A stretch of DNA of 64,000 nucleotides from Oligoflexales bacterium (GTDB lineage: Bacteria; Bdellovibrionota_B; Oligoflexia; Oligoflexales; CAIYRB01), in the NCBI GenBank assembly GCA_041736175.1, contig JBGSUI010000059.1, forward strand, positions 32,001 to 96,000, written 5' to 3'. A program made the position numbers and the translations under genes. The stretch's first letter is position 1. The number at the start of each line of letters is the position of its first letter. Below the pieces are notes generated by a model that had not been told where the DNA came from, made no database searches, and saw nothing but the letters and a program-made list of their open reading frames with translations. Below, in pieces: positions 1 through 10,686 of the stretch.

Positions 1-1
1 T

Positions 2-2938
2 ATGGTCACTCACGAATCAATCATCAACAACAGCGTCCCATTTGCAAAAAGACATATCGGCCCAACCTCCGCCGAACAAACCCATATGCTAAAGACCCTC
101 GCCATGGAGTCCATGGAAGAGCTGATCAAGGCCACCATTCCGGACTCCATACGCTCTAAGCGCCCGTTAGCTCTCGCACCTGGGCTTTCCGAGCCAGAAG
201 CTCTGGCAAGGATGAAGGAGTTGGCACAAAGGAACATTGTTTTTAAATCATATTTAGGTACCGGTTACTATGACTGCCATGTCCCGCCTGTCATCCAGCG
301 CAATATTCTCGAAAATCCTGGATGGTATACCCAATACACTCCCTACCAAGCAGAAATCTCCCAGGGCCGGCTTGAGGCTCTCCTCAATTTCCAAACTCTT
401 GTAAGCGATCTGACGGGGCTTCCTATAGCCAACGCCTCCCTCCTCGACGAGCCCACTGCTGCTGCTGAGGCCATGACTTTATGTTTTGCTCACCAAACGG
501 AAGCCACTCACCAAGTGTTTTGGGTCTCCCACAATGTTCACCCCCAGACCCTCGCCGTGCTCCAAACCCGTGCGGAACCCCTCGGAATCGAGGTATTGAC
601 CATTGATTTCGCCCAAAATACACAGGTCACTGACAAGCTTCCTTTTGGTGCCTTGATACAATACCCTGGTTCGGATGGAGCGGTGATCGATCATTCCATT
701 TTGATTTCCGAGCTTAAAACCAAAGGTGTAATGATCGCAGTAGCCACTGATCTCTTGGCACTGACTCTTTTAAAGAGCCCGGGTGAGCTTGGTGCTGACA
801 TCGCCCTTGGCAGTGCCCAAAGACTGGGTGTCCCCTTAGGATTTGGTGGACCCCATGCCGCTTTTTTTGCCACAAAAGACGAGTTGAAAAGAAAAATCCC
901 CGGTCGGTTGATCGGCGTCTCCAAAGACACCACAGATCAGCCTGCACTCCGCATGTCTCTCCAAACCCGCGAGCAACATATCAGGCGTGAAAAGGCCACG
1001 AGTAATATCTGCACCTCTCAGGTCCTCCTAGCGATCATGAACAGCATGTATGCGATCTATCACGGACCTGAAGGACTCAAAAACATCGCTAAAAGAGTCC
1101 ATAGTCTCACCACGATATTAGCGAAAGCCTTGACGGCCCATAGCTTCAAACTCGTCAACGATACTTGGTTTGATACCATTTCTGTGGATTTATCCAAATC
1201 GTCTGTAAGTTTAGACCTCTTACACACCAGAGCCGAAGCTGCGGAAATCAATCTGCGCTATCCTTCGGACCAAAGCTCTTCCCAGATCGTTGGGATCTCC
1301 CTCGATGAGACCACGACCCTTGGTCACATTTGCGACCTGGTGATGGTTTTTACAGGGACAAATGAGGAATCTCGAGCCCAGGTTCAGACCCAGATCAATG
1401 GCTTGGTCTACCAACCCTTCGAATACCGGTTTAGCGGGAGATTAGTGCGGATGAGTCCTTATTTGACACATCCCGTGTTTCACCAACACCAATCCGAAAC
1501 GCAAATGCTGCGCTATATACGTCATCTCGAGTCCAAGGATCTCTCCCTGACTCGGTCGATGATCCCCCTGGGTTCTTGTACGATGAAACTCAATGCAACA
1601 GCCGAGCTTTTCCCTATTTCCTGGCCCGAGTGGAATGGTATCCACCCCCATGCTCCCCAAGTTCAATTAGACGGCTATTTTGAGCTATTCCGGGAATTGG
1701 AATCCAGCCTTGCAGAATGCACGGGGTTTGATGCTGTCTCGTTACAGCCTAACTCAGGGGCCCAAGGTGAGTATGCTGGACTCCTGGCGATCAGAAAATA
1801 CCACCTCAGCCGTGGAGAGTCCCACCGCACGGTTTGTCTTATCCCTAAGTCCGCCCATGGCACTAATCCCGCAAGTGCCGTTATGGCTGGGATGAGGGTG
1901 ATCATTGTGGATTGCGATAAATCTGGGAATATCGACCTCGATGATCTCACGGCCAAAGCAAAGGAGCATAAAGCAAACCTTGCGGCTTTGATGATTACCT
2001 ATCCATCCACCCACGGTGTGTTTGAAGATCATGTGCGCGCGATCTGCGACCACATCCATGACAACGGTGGATTGGTCTATATGGACGGCGCCAACCTCAA
2101 TGCCCAGGTCGGCCTATGTCGTCCAGGAGAGTTTGGCCCTGATGTCTGCCACCTCAACCTCCATAAGACTTTTTGTATACCCCATGGTGGAGGTGGTCCG
2201 GGTATGGGCCCTATCGCTGTCAAAAAGCACTTAGCGCCTTTTTTACCAGGGCACCCCCTTGCTGAGCCTTGGGAAAAATGGCCATCTGAGTCCTTAGGAA
2301 CCGTCTCGGGAGCCCCTTGGGGCAGTGCAAGCATCCTTCCGATATCGATGATGTATATCTGGATGATGGGAGGCCCCGGCTTGACCCAAGCCACCCAGGT
2401 GGCCATATTAAACGCCAACTATATCGCTCACCGCCTCCACCCCCATTACCCTGTGCTCTATCGAGGGGCTTCTGGTCGAGTAGCCCATGAGTGTATTATT
2501 GATCTGAGACCCCTTAAGGCTAAAACAGGTGTCGAGGTCGAGGACGTTGCGAAAAGACTTATGGACTATGGATTTCATGCTCCCACGGTATCCTTTCCTG
2601 TGGTGGGGACTCTTATGATCGAACCCACTGAAAGCGAATCCCTCAAAGAACTCGACCGGTTTTGTGAGGCCATGATCTCTATTCGCCAAGAAATCGCTGA
2701 AATTGAGCAAGGAACCTTTGATAAAGTTAACAACGTCCTTAAACACGCTCCCCATACCCAGCAGCTGGTTGTGGCGAGTTCCTGGGATCGTCCTTACTCT
2801 CGAGAAAAGGCGGCCTTTCCTTTGGAATGGGTAAAGACCACAAAATTCTGGCCCTCTGTTTCGAGAATCGACTCTGCTTATGGCGATAGAAATCTGGTGT
2901 GTACCTGTCCGCATTTGACGAGCTACGAAGGGATCTAG
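2..2938 (+). CDS. gcvP: Glycine dehydrogenase (decarboxylating), glycine cleavage system P protein
   Basis: 978 aa; motifs [29 protein letters not shown]-lysine region [19 protein letters not shown]-terminal [10 protein letters not shown]. Confidence 0.97.
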   Translation: MVTHESIINNSVPFAKRHIGPTSAEQTHMLKTLAMESMEELIKATIPDSIRSKRPLALAPGLSEPEALARMKELAQRNIVFKSYLGTGYYDCHVPPVIQRNILENPGWYTQYTPYQAEISQGRLEALLNFQTLVSDLTGLPIANASLLDEPTAAAEAMTLCFAHQTEATHQVFWVSHNVHPQTLAVLQTRAEPLGIEVLTIDFAQNTQVTDKLPFGALIQYPGSDGAVIDHSILISELKTKGVMIAVATDLLALTLLKSPGELGADIALGSAQRLGVPLGFGGPHAAFFATKDELKRKIPGRLIGVSKDTTDQPALRMSLQTREQHIRREKATSNICTSQVLLAIMNSMYAIYHGPEGLKNIAKRVHSLTTILAKALTAHSFKLVNDTWFDTISVDLSKSSVSLDLLHTRAEAAEINLRYPSDQSSSQIVGISLDETTTLGHICDLVMVFTGTNEESRAQVQTQINGLVYQPFEYRFSGRLVRMSPYLTHPVFHQHQSETQMLRYIRHLESKDLSLTRSMIPLGSCTMKLNATAELFPISWPEWNGIHPHAPQVQLDGYFELFRELESSLAECTGFDAVSLQPNSGAQGEYAGLLAIRKYHLSRGESHRTVCLIPKSAHGTNPASAVMAGMRVIIVDCDKSGNIDLDDLTAKAKEHKANLAALMITYPSTHGVFEDHVRAICDHIHDNGGLVYMDGANLNAQVGLCRPGEFGPDVCHLNLHKTFCIPHGGGGPGMGPIAVKKHLAPFLPGHPLAEPWEKWPSESLGTVSGAPWGSASILPISMMYIWMMGGPGLTQATQVAILNANYIAHRLHPHYPVLYRGASGRVAHECIIDLRPLKAKTGVEVEDVAKRLMDYGFHAPTVSFPVVGTLMIEPTESESLKELDRFCEAMISIRQEIAEIEQGTFDKVNNVLKHAPHTQQLVVASSWDRPYSREKAAFPLEWVKTTKFWPSVSRIDSAYGDRNLVCTCPHLTSYEGI

Positions 2939-2939
2939 G

Positions 2940-3662
2940 ATGATCAAATTAGAAGCCCGAAATCTTGAGCGATGGTTTAAAAATCGTCAAGTCGTCAAAG
3001 GGGCTTCTTTTTCGGTTTCTACCCGCGAGGTCGTCGGGCTTCTGGGCCCAAACGGAGCAGGCAAAACCACCAGTTTTTACATGGTGGTCGGGCTTCTCTA
3101 TCCTACCCGTGGCCAAGTCTTTATGGACGACGAAAATATCACTGACCTACCGATGCATATTCGTGCTCGCAAAGGTATCAGTTATCTCCCCCAAAATATG
3201 TCTATTTTCCGAAAAATGAGCGTCGAAGACAACCTCATCAGCGTCATGGAGATTTGCAAGGTTCCAAGATCAGAAAGGTCTAACTTATTAGAAGAATTAC
3301 TCTATAAGTTTCAAATCAAACATATTGCTAAATCCATGGGCGCTGCTCTATCCGGTGGGGAACGACGTCGAGTGGAGATCGCTCGGGCCTTGATTATCAA
3401 GCCTAAATTTCTCCTCCTTGACGAGCCCTTTGCTGGAATCGACCCCATGACGGTGTCTGAGATCCAAGGAATTATCAGTAATCTTAGAAACGATGGTCTC
3501 GGCGTCCTCATCACGGATCACAACGTCAGGGAAACCCTTGGGGCCTGTGATCGGGCTTATATTTTATCTGGTGGGCAGATTATCGCCCACGGGAGTCCTG
3601 AAGAAATTGCCAACAATCAAACGGTAAAAGAAACCTATCTAGGTGAAAATTTTAAACTTTAA
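2940..3662 (+). CDS. lptB: LPS export ABC transporter ATP-binding protein
   Basis: Walker A GPNGAGKTT, LSGGERRRVEIARAL, LDEPFAGIDP, ITDHNVRETL, C-terminal YLGENF; upstream of rpoN. Confidence 0.95.
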   Translation: MIKLEARNLERWFKNRQVVKGASFSVSTREVVGLLGPNGAGKTTSFYMVVGLLYPTRGQVFMDDENITDLPMHIRARKGISYLPQNMSIFRKMSVEDNLISVMEICKVPRSERSNLLEELLYKFQIKHIAKSMGAALSGGERRRVEIARALIIKPKFLLLDEPFAGIDPMTVSEIQGIISNLRNDGLGVLITDHNVRETLGACDRAYILSGGQIIAHGSPEEIANNQTVKETYLGENFKL

Positions 3663-3990
3663 TCCTAAATGCCTCTCTCTTGCTGGCAAGATCTCCTCCG
3701 TTATACCTGGACTAACAGTTTTTTTGTTTTTTCAAAAAATCCATGCCAAAAATAAACATCAATGTAATTGGAGTGTTGATATCATTTTGAGTGTTTTGTG
3801 AGATTTTTTTTTAAAAAAAAGGTTGGACTTTCCTTATGGTCCTGCCAGTTGGAGCCGATTAGGGAGATGAAGGTGGTCATCGTGAACACCCTATGGTTTG
3901 GGATTTTTTGCATATCGCTGTACCCTCACAATATTATAGTAGTAGTGCTATAGGGTATCAGTGCTACTAAAATGGAATTGACAAGGAACT

Positions 3991-5457
3991 ATGGCTTACG
4001 AAATCAAATTTGGATTAAAACAGCAGCAGCATCTCTTGATGACTCCACAGCTGCAACAAGCCATAAAGCTCCTGCAGCTTTCGAGGATGGAGCTTGAGCA
4101 GTATGTTTCCCAACAGATTGCTGAAAATCCTTGCCTCGAAGAAGGCCAACTAGAATCTCCCGAAGAACTTGCAGCTGTCGATCGCGAAAGAGAGCGTACA
4201 GAGGAACAAGTCGTCAATGAATCCATCCGTGAAGCCACCAACATCGTAGACTCTGCTGGGGGAGATGATCGAAACGATTTTGACTGGGATCAGTCCTCAA
4301 AAATGCATGAGCATTCGCCTTCGTCCATCAGAAAACAAAATTCTAACGATGAAGAACTTCCCAATTACGAAAATATGGTTTCTAAGGCTAATACCCTTCA
4401 GGAATATTTGATGATGCAGATTGGCGAGCTTGATTTCTCTGATCAAGAGATCACCATAGCCAATATGCTGATTGGCAACATTGACGATCGCGGCTACCTG
4501 CTTGTCGGCACTAAAGAGTTGGCAGATAGTGAAAATTTCGACTTAGACATGGTGGAAGATATCCTTGATACGGTGCAACGGCTCGATCCTCCGGGAGTCG
4601 GAGCTCGAGATCTCAAGGAATGCCTCTTACTCCAAGTGAGGAACTCTCACCTTAAAAATGGTGTGATCGAAAAGATCATCGCTAATCACCTCCCTGAGCT
4701 TGAAAACCACAACTTTGCGGTGATTGCCAAAGCACTCAAAGTAACCCAGGATGTGGTGATTGAAAATTATCAGATGATCTCCGAACTGGAACCTGTGCCT
4801 GGACGCCAATTTGGCGCTAACGATGCCCAATATATTATTCCTGACGTCTATATTTTTAAACTTGGTGGTGAATGGATGATCAACCTCAACGAGGATGGTT
4901 TGCCCAAGTTAAAGGTCAGTGATTTTTATCAAGGGGTCATTACAGATAAAAAATCTAAATCCGACGACAAAAACTACCTTATGGAAAAAGTAAAGGCTGC
5001 TGAATGGTTGATAAAGTCGATTAGACAGCGGCAGCGAACCATTTTTAGGGTGACTGAAAGTATCATTAAGAGACAGCGAGATTTTTTTGAATTCGGCGTA
5101 GAACATCTAAAGCCCATGATCTTAAAGGATGTTGCCGAAGATATTGGGATGCATGAGTCTACGATTTCCCGGGTGACCAACAACAAATACGCCCATACCC
5201 CGCGCGGTGTCTTCGAGCTTAAGTACTTTTTCAATAGCTCTGTGACCCGGTCTAATGGCCAAGACGTTGCCAGCGAGTCTGTGAAAAGGATGATTTTTGA
5301 GCTGGTCAAAGTGGAAGATGTCAAACAACCTTTGTCCGATCAAAGAATCGTTGAAATTCTCGAAGAGCGGGGCATCCAACTCGCCCGGAGAACAGTTGCT
5401 AAATATCGTGAACAACTCCATATTCTTCCATCAAACAGGCGCAAAAAATATTTTTGA
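3991..5457 (+). CDS. rpoN: RNA polymerase sigma-54 factor
   Basis: N-terminal MTPQLQQAIKLLQL, HESTISRVT, RpoN box ARRTVAKYRE. Confidence 0.97.
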   Translation: MAYEIKFGLKQQQHLLMTPQLQQAIKLLQLSRMELEQYVSQQIAENPCLEEGQLESPEELAAVDRERERTEEQVVNESIREATNIVDSAGGDDRNDFDWDQSSKMHEHSPSSIRKQNSNDEELPNYENMVSKANTLQEYLMMQIGELDFSDQEITIANMLIGNIDDRGYLLVGTKELADSENFDLDMVEDILDTVQRLDPPGVGARDLKECLLLQVRNSHLKNGVIEKIIANHLPELENHNFAVIAKALKVTQDVVIENYQMISELEPVPGRQFGANDAQYIIPDVYIFKLGGEWMINLNEDGLPKLKVSDFYQGVITDKKSKSDDKNYLMEKVKAAEWLIKSIRQRQRTIFRVTESIIKRQRDFFEFGVEHLKPMILKDVAEDIGMHESTISRVTNNKYAHTPRGVFELKYFFNSSVTRSNGQDVASESVKRMIFELVKVEDVKQPLSDQRIVEILEERGIQLARRTVAKYREQLHILPSNRRKKYF

Positions 5458-5478
5458 GCCCTAAAAGGGAAAAGTTCG

Positions 5479-6360
5479 GTGTCAAAAGAATCTGTTCTAG
5501 TGATCGTTACGGGACTTTCTGGCGCTGGAAACTCGACTGCTTTGCATGCACTCGCCGATGCTGGAATGTATTGCATCGACAATCTTCCCATGGAGCTCTT
5601 AGAACCCACGATTCAGCTTTTCGAATCGGGCCGCATCAAAGCGCCCCATGGTTTGGCCCTGTGCATGGATATTCGCAACCCACACTTTGCAAGCACCTTT
5701 CCAGCTCTTAAAAAAAAGTTGATGGAACGTATCGGATTGGATGTGATTTTTTTAAAGGCCACTGACCAGTCTATTGCTACCCGTTTTAGCACGACAAGAC
5801 GAAAACATCCCCTATTGGAGTCGGGGGAATCACTGGTCGAGGCTATCGAAAGAGAGCGCGATCTACTGTCTCCAGTCGAAGAAGCCTCTGACCTGGTCCT
5901 CGACACATCGAGCTGGTCTCCCCAGCAACTCTCAAAAATCCTAGAAACCCGCTACTCCAATCTGGTGATTGGCCGCCAACTCCATATCGTGATCACGAGT
6001 TTTGGCTTTAAATATGGAGCCTCTGACCAGTCTGATATGATGTTTGACCTCCGCTTTTTAACCAATCCCTTTTTTGTACCTGCACTTCGTAAGAAAAGCG
6101 GTTTGGATGTCGAAGTTAAAAACTATTTATTTTCTCAGGAAAAGACTCAAATTATTTTGAAAAAAATCGAGGACATGCTCCGTTTCTTGATTCCACTTTA
6201 CTACGAAGAAGGGCGCCACTACCTCCGGATAGGGATCGGCTGTACCGGTGGCAGACATCGGAGTGTATGTCTTGCCGAAGCACTCGGCAGCGCTTTTTTG
6301 TCCAATTCCGTACCTAATACCATTGTGACCATCATTCACCGAGATATTGATCGTGGGTGA
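5479..6360 (+). CDS. rapZ: RNase adapter RapZ/YvcJ family P-loop protein
   Basis: VTGLSGAG, YCIDNLP, TRRKHPL, SFGFKYG, GCTGGRHRSV; position downstream of rpoN. Confidence 0.93.
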   Translation: MSKESVLVIVTGLSGAGNSTALHALADAGMYCIDNLPMELLEPTIQLFESGRIKAPHGLALCMDIRNPHFASTFPALKKKLMERIGLDVIFLKATDQSIATRFSTTRRKHPLLESGESLVEAIERERDLLSPVEEASDLVLDTSSWSPQQLSKILETRYSNLVIGRQLHIVITSFGFKYGASDQSDMMFDLRFLTNPFFVPALRKKSGLDVEVKNYLFSQEKTQIILKKIEDMLRFLIPLYYEEGRHYLRIGIGCTGGRHRSVCLAEALGSAFLSNSVPNTIVTIIHRDIDRG

Positions 6361-6387
6361 TTGTTGGATATTTTGAGAAAATCACTT

Positions 6388-7077
6388 TTAGGGGCTAGGT
6401 GATACTTCCCCTGCAACACGATCAGCCTTGATCCACCCCGAGTCCAGTTCGTAGGTGATCTTTTTGCCTTTGATCGTGCTATTTTGACCCTTTTTGATCT
6501 TGGCATTGCCCTCAAGGAGCACCACTCGGTCTTCGTTATTGAACAGCACCTGATTGCCAAAAGCTTCGATTCGTTCCCCTGTGTTGGGATCGATATTGGT
6601 GATCTTGACCGGTTGGCCGATGGCGAGGACTTTTTGTACGTCGCGACTGTGTTCGCTAAAGTAGAGCTTAGCGTTTTCGGCCTCTAGTTTGAACTCCCCT
6701 TGGGTGACCACCACCTCCTGCACAAGCTCCACAAGGCCTTTTTCCCTCAGCCCTTTGAACCCTAGGCTAGTGAAGTGGACAGGAAGCTTCTCCTGAGGTT
6801 CTGAGGTGGCTGGCTTGACGCCTTTAGGACTGCTTTTGGGTTTTCCTGGGGGCTCTTTTGAAGGGGGCTTTTTAACAGGCGCCTCTTTGGGGGCAACTTT
6901 CCCTGGAGTAGGTTTCGCTGGCGTAGGGTTCGCCTCCGTAGGAGTCTGTGGCTTTACGGCCGGCAAAGGCGTGTCTTCGTCGATGATCTCACCAAAAACG
7001 GGTCGCGGTTGGACACCTAAAACCAATAGGATCCCCATGGGAAGTAAAGCTCTAACCAATCTATTTTGGACTTTCAT
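6388..7077 (-). CDS. lptA: LptA/OstA family periplasmic LPS transport protein with Pro/Lys-rich N-terminal linker
   Basis: Signal peptide, beta-jellyroll-like C-terminal part (VVVTQG...LEGNAKIKKGQNSTIKGKKITYEL); follows lptC-like gene. Confidence 0.8.
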   Translation of the reverse strand: MKVQNRLVRALLPMGILLVLGVQPRPVFGEIIDEDTPLPAVKPQTPTEANPTPAKPTPGKVAPKEAPVKKPPSKEPPGKPKSSPKGVKPATSEPQEKLPVHFTSLGFKGLREKGLVELVQEVVVTQGEFKLEAENAKLYFSEHSRDVQKVLAIGQPVKITNIDPNTGERIEAFGNQVLFNNEDRVVLLEGNAKIKKGQNSTIKGKKITYELDSGWIKADRVAGEVSPSP

Positions 7078-7651
7078 CAACAGTCGTCACTCCCTTAACC
7101 CGACCATTTATCTCCAACATCTCGGTGGTCAAACTATAGATAAAGCCACCTTCTCCCTCAAAATATCGACCTGGGCCATTGACCTGGACGGGCTTTGACG
7201 ATCGTATCATATTCTCTCTTTGGATATATTCTGCATAATCAGTGGTTAAAACATGGTCCTTAAATCCTACTTGGACAAACCCCGTTAGCTCCGCCCGGTC
7301 AAGCTCCGCCTCTTGGCTCATCAAATTGCTGAGACTCGTCGTCCTTAAATAGACCATCGCTTGATTCGATCGCATGGTTTCCTTGGCGGCTTCGGAGTAT
7401 TTTTCTGCTTGTACATCACCCTCAAGCTCCATGATATTCGGCTCGATATAGTGACCTTTTTTTGCTGAGATCTTTGCTACTAGAGTGCCATCTTCATAAT
7501 TTAAGGTCGTAAACCCCTGTATGATCACCCGGTGATCGTTGACTTTATTGGCGATCGTTTCCCGTAAAGCTTTTTTCTCTCTTGTCAGAAAAACGCCCGT
7601 CGCGATACCAAAGCAAATAATCAGGATTAAAGCTGCAAGCTTACGCCCCAG
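7061..7651 (-). CDS. lptC: LPS export ABC transporter periplasmic protein LptC (start extended to CTG at 7651)
   Basis: Lies between kdsD and lptA; jellyroll-like sequence; the ORF-track start at 7528 lacks the N-terminal TM helix, which is encoded in frame upstream (LAALILIICFGIATGVFL) after AAGGAGG-7nt-CTG. Confidence 0.75.
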   Translation of the reverse strand: MGRKLAALILIICFGIATGVFLTREKKALRETIANKVNDHRVIIQGFTTLNYEDGTLVAKISAKKGHYIEPNIMELEGDVQAEKYSEAAKETMRSNQAMVYLRTTSLSNLMSQEAELDRAELTGFVQVGFKDHVLTTDYAEYIQRENMIRSSKPVQVNGPGRYFEGEGGFIYSLTTEMLEINGRVKGVTTVDESPK

Positions 7652-7743
7652 GGTGCACCCTCCTTTTTGACCCCATTCGATCTCAGTCCCTATTATAGCT
7701 TAAGGACACCTAAGCGTCTGTCCGTTCGAATCATTATGTTTGA

Positions 7744-8721
7744 TTAAAATATTTTTGCGGCTAACAAGTCTTGAAGCCTGACTAAACCTACCAGTTGTCG
7801 TTTCCCAACTACTGAGGTTTCCACAAAGAGCCGGCTAACCCGGTTTTGGTTCATCTTAAGTGCTGCCTCGATCGCCAAATCCGAATCCAAAATCGTCAGC
7901 GGCTTTTGAGACATGATTTCCTGGGCCTGCTGCTTAAGGGCATCAGCTCCTCGGGCGAGCAGAGATCGCCTTAGATCCCCATCGGAGATCGCTCCGATCA
8001 GCTCATCTCCATCGACCACCGCTGCGATTCCAAAGTTGTCCACCGTTACGGCCTGTAGGACCTGATAAAAGTCATCATTCCTGTGTATTTTAGGCAGGTT
8101 GTCTCCATGGTGCATATGGTCCTTTACCAAGGAGAGTTTACGGCCTAAAGAGCCCCCTGGATGGAGACTTGCAAAATCCCTAGGAGTAAACCCCCGAGCC
8201 TCCATAAGGCTCACAGCGAGGGCATCTCCTAGAGCGATCGTAAGGGTGGACGAATTGGTGGGAGCTAAATTATGGGGATCAGCTTCTTTTTCCACATGAC
8301 AATCGATAATCACATGGGAGAGCTGTCCTAAACTGGATTCCTTTTTGCCCGTAAGCGCGAGGACCGTGATTCCAATCCGCCTGGCAAACTTAGCCACTTC
8401 CACCACTTCTGGTGTTTCGCCTCCGTAGGCAATCGCTAGGAGAATGTCCTGATGTTGGAGCATTCCAAAATCACCATGGAGGGCTTCTGATGGGTGCAAA
8501 AAGGCTGCTGAAGTCCCTGTGGACGAAAGGGTCGATGCTATTTTTCGTCCCACATGTCCCGACTTTCCCAGACCGGTGACCACGACTTTTCCCTGGTGGG
8601 ATAAAATCAAATTTACGGCTTGGTAAAACTCCTGGCCCAGCCTTTGGGCTGCGGCTGTGAGGGCTGCGGCTTCGGCAAGGAGGGTTCCTTGCCCTGATTG
8701 GATGATGGTTCCAGAACTCAT
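7744..8721 (-). CDS. kdsD: Arabinose-5-phosphate isomerase (KpsF/GutQ family, SIS + 2 CBS)
   Basis: [51 protein letters not shown] pair. Confidence 0.93.
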   Translation of the reverse strand: MSSGTIIQSGQGTLLAEAAALTAAAQRLGQEFYQAVNLILSHQGKVVVTGLGKSGHVGRKIASTLSSTGTSAAFLHPSEALHGDFGMLQHQDILLAIAYGGETPEVVEVAKFARRIGITVLALTGKKESSLGQLSHVIIDCHVEKEADPHNLAPTNSSTLTIALGDALAVSLMEARGFTPRDFASLHPGGSLGRKLSLVKDHMHHGDNLPKIHRNDDFYQVLQAVTVDNFGIAAVVDGDELIGAISDGDLRRSLLARGADALKQQAQEIMSQKPLTILDSDLAIEAALKMNQNRVSRLFVETSVVGKRQLVGLVRLQDLLAAKIF

Positions 8722-10382
8722 GCCCGCCCCCCTTTGAGGCTTGCTCCCACCAAACCACGAAACAACGGATGGGGGGCAATAGGCTTACTTTTTAGCTCGG
8801 GATGGAACTGGCAGGACACATACCAGGGGTGATCCGTCAACTCCATCATCTCCACGAGTTGCCCATCAGGAGACACTCCACTAAAGACGATTCCTTGGGC
8901 TTCAAAGAGTTCTCGATAGGCATTGTTAAACTCAAACCTATGGCGGTGGCGCTCGCTGATTTCGTCCGCTTCGTAGGCTTGGTAGGCCTTTGTGCCCCTT
9001 TTTAAGACGCAAGGGTAGGCTCCAAGACGCATGGTCCCGCCTTTTTGCGTCACTATCTTTTGGTCTTCCATTAGATGAATCACTGGGTCTTTTAGTTTTC
9101 CATTAAATTCCTGACTATTCGCCTCTTTTCGTCCCAGCTTATGTCTTGCAAACTCGATGGCAGCCAACTGCATTCCTAAACAAATCCCCAAAAAAGGCTT
9201 GTTTTGGCGCCGCGCATAGTGAATCGCGGTGATCTTTCCCTCGATACCCCGCTCCCCAAAACCACCCGGAACGATAATCCCGTCACAATTTTTAAGTAAC
9301 GTCTCAACATTATCTTCATTTACAGAAGCTGCATCGATTAAATTAATGTTGATTTTTGCCCTGTGAAAAATCCCCGCATGGACTAAAGATTCTGTGATTG
9401 ATTTATAGCTATCATAAACGTCCACATATTTTCCTACCATCCCAATAGTACATTCCGCTTCAGGATGATCAAGCGCCTCCACGATTTTGCGCCATTGTTC
9501 CAGATGGGGAGCACCCGTCCAAATATTCAACATATCTACAACAGTCTGGTCAAATCCTTGTTGGTGCAAAACCAAAGGAAGTCGATAGATGTTGTCCACA
9601 TCAAGGGCTTCGACGACGCATTCCGGCTTGACGTTGCAAAAGAGCGCGATCTTTTTCCGTAGGTCGCTTCCAATACTGCGATCGGTTCTACAAACCAAAA
9701 TATTTGGCTGAATGCCTATTTGTCTTAACTCCTTAACCGAATGTTGAGTGGGCTTGGTTTTAAGTTCACGGGCTGCATGAATATAAGGCACTAAAGTCAA
9801 ATGAATATATAAAACATTATCATCCCCCAAGTCATACCGCATCTGCCTGATCGCCTCTAAAAAAGGCAGGCCCTCAATATCACCGACGGTGCCGCCGATT
9901 TCAACGATCGCAATATCCGCATCAGCAGCGACTCGAAATATATTGTCCTTGATCTGATCGGTGATATGGGGAATCACTTGCACCGTTCCTCCTAAATAAT
10001 CACCGCGCCGTTCTTTGCTCAGCACCGCATCATAGACTTGTCCCGCCGAAAAGCTGTTCTGTCGTTTTAGGGTGGCTTCTGTAAACCTCTCATAATGGCC
10101 AAGGTCTAAATCGGTCTCAGCTCCGTCATCCGTAACAAAAACCTCGCCATGCTGGGAGGGATTCATCGTCCCTGGATCCACGTTGATGTAGGGATCAGCC
10201 TTCATGAGAGTGACTTTCAAGCCACGGGTTTCTAACAGCGCCCCACAACTCGCCGCCACGATTCCTTTTCCTAACGAGGAAACCACTCCACCTGTCACAA
10301 AAATAAATTTGGTACGACTGCGGCTTTTTGGTGTCTTTTGCACGGGTTTATTTCCAAAAAAGTTAAGGGCTGAAGACTGCAA
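8718..10382 (-). CDS. pyrG: CTP synthase (true start possibly GTG at 10343)
   Basis: [36 protein letters not shown]; 4-nt overlap with kdsD. Confidence 0.97.
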   Translation of the reverse strand: MQSSALNFFGNKPVQKTPKSRSRTKFIFVTGGVVSSLGKGIVAASCGALLETRGLKVTLMKADPYINVDPGTMNPSQHGEVFVTDDGAETDLDLGHYERFTEATLKRQNSFSAGQVYDAVLSKERRGDYLGGTVQVIPHITDQIKDNIFRVAADADIAIVEIGGTVGDIEGLPFLEAIRQMRYDLGDDNVLYIHLTLVPYIHAARELKTKPTQHSVKELRQIGIQPNILVCRTDRSIGSDLRKKIALFCNVKPECVVEALDVDNIYRLPLVLHQQGFDQTVVDMLNIWTGAPHLEQWRKIVEALDHPEAECTIGMVGKYVDVYDSYKSITESLVHAGIFHRAKININLIDAASVNEDNVETLLKNCDGIIVPGGFGERGIEGKITAIHYARRQNKPFLGICLGMQLAAIEFARHKLGRKEANSQEFNGKLKDPVIHLMEDQKIVTQKGGTMRLGAYPCVLKRGTKAYQAYEADEISERHRHRFEFNNAYRELFEAQGIVFSGVSPDGQLVEMMELTDHPWYVSCQFHPELKSKPIAPHPLFRGLVGASLKGGRA

Positions 10383-10432
10383 CTCGTATATCGAGGAATA
10401 GCGAGAAAAACGAAATGCCTGGACGGAACGTC

Positions 10433-10461
10433 ATAGTAGTGGTCTGGTTAGATTCAGTCAA
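10433..10461 (-). promoter_or_regulatory. Putative sigma70 promoter of pyrG-kdsD
   Basis: Minus strand TTGACT-N17-TACTAT. Confidence 0.55.
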
Positions 10462-10686
10462 GAACGACTTTTTTACGATTTTAATACAGTATGTTAAGAC
10501 TCTAGCGGGAAGACTAAAATCCCGGGGTTGGACCTCCAAAAGTCCTCCCCCATCTACCCCAAGAGGTCTCTAGGACCACCCCTGCCAGCTGGGTAGCTTG
10601 TTAACTCTGGTAGGAGCATACCCTGTGCTTGCGTGTCCTGTTCACAAAGGATCGTAATTGGTCAGGGCGGATTTGTGGACAGGCTC

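Noticed and set aside
3663..3990. sigma54 (-24/-12) promoter or DnaA-trio-like TAGTAGTAG upstream of rpoN
   Set aside because: Candidate GG/GC pairs are not 10 nt apart, and the TAG run has no adjacent DnaA boxes.
10500..10686. Possible structured RNA or att site between AIPR and pyrG
   Set aside because: No recognisable tRNA, riboswitch or direct repeat matching the other end of the insert; cannot be supported without an Rfam search.
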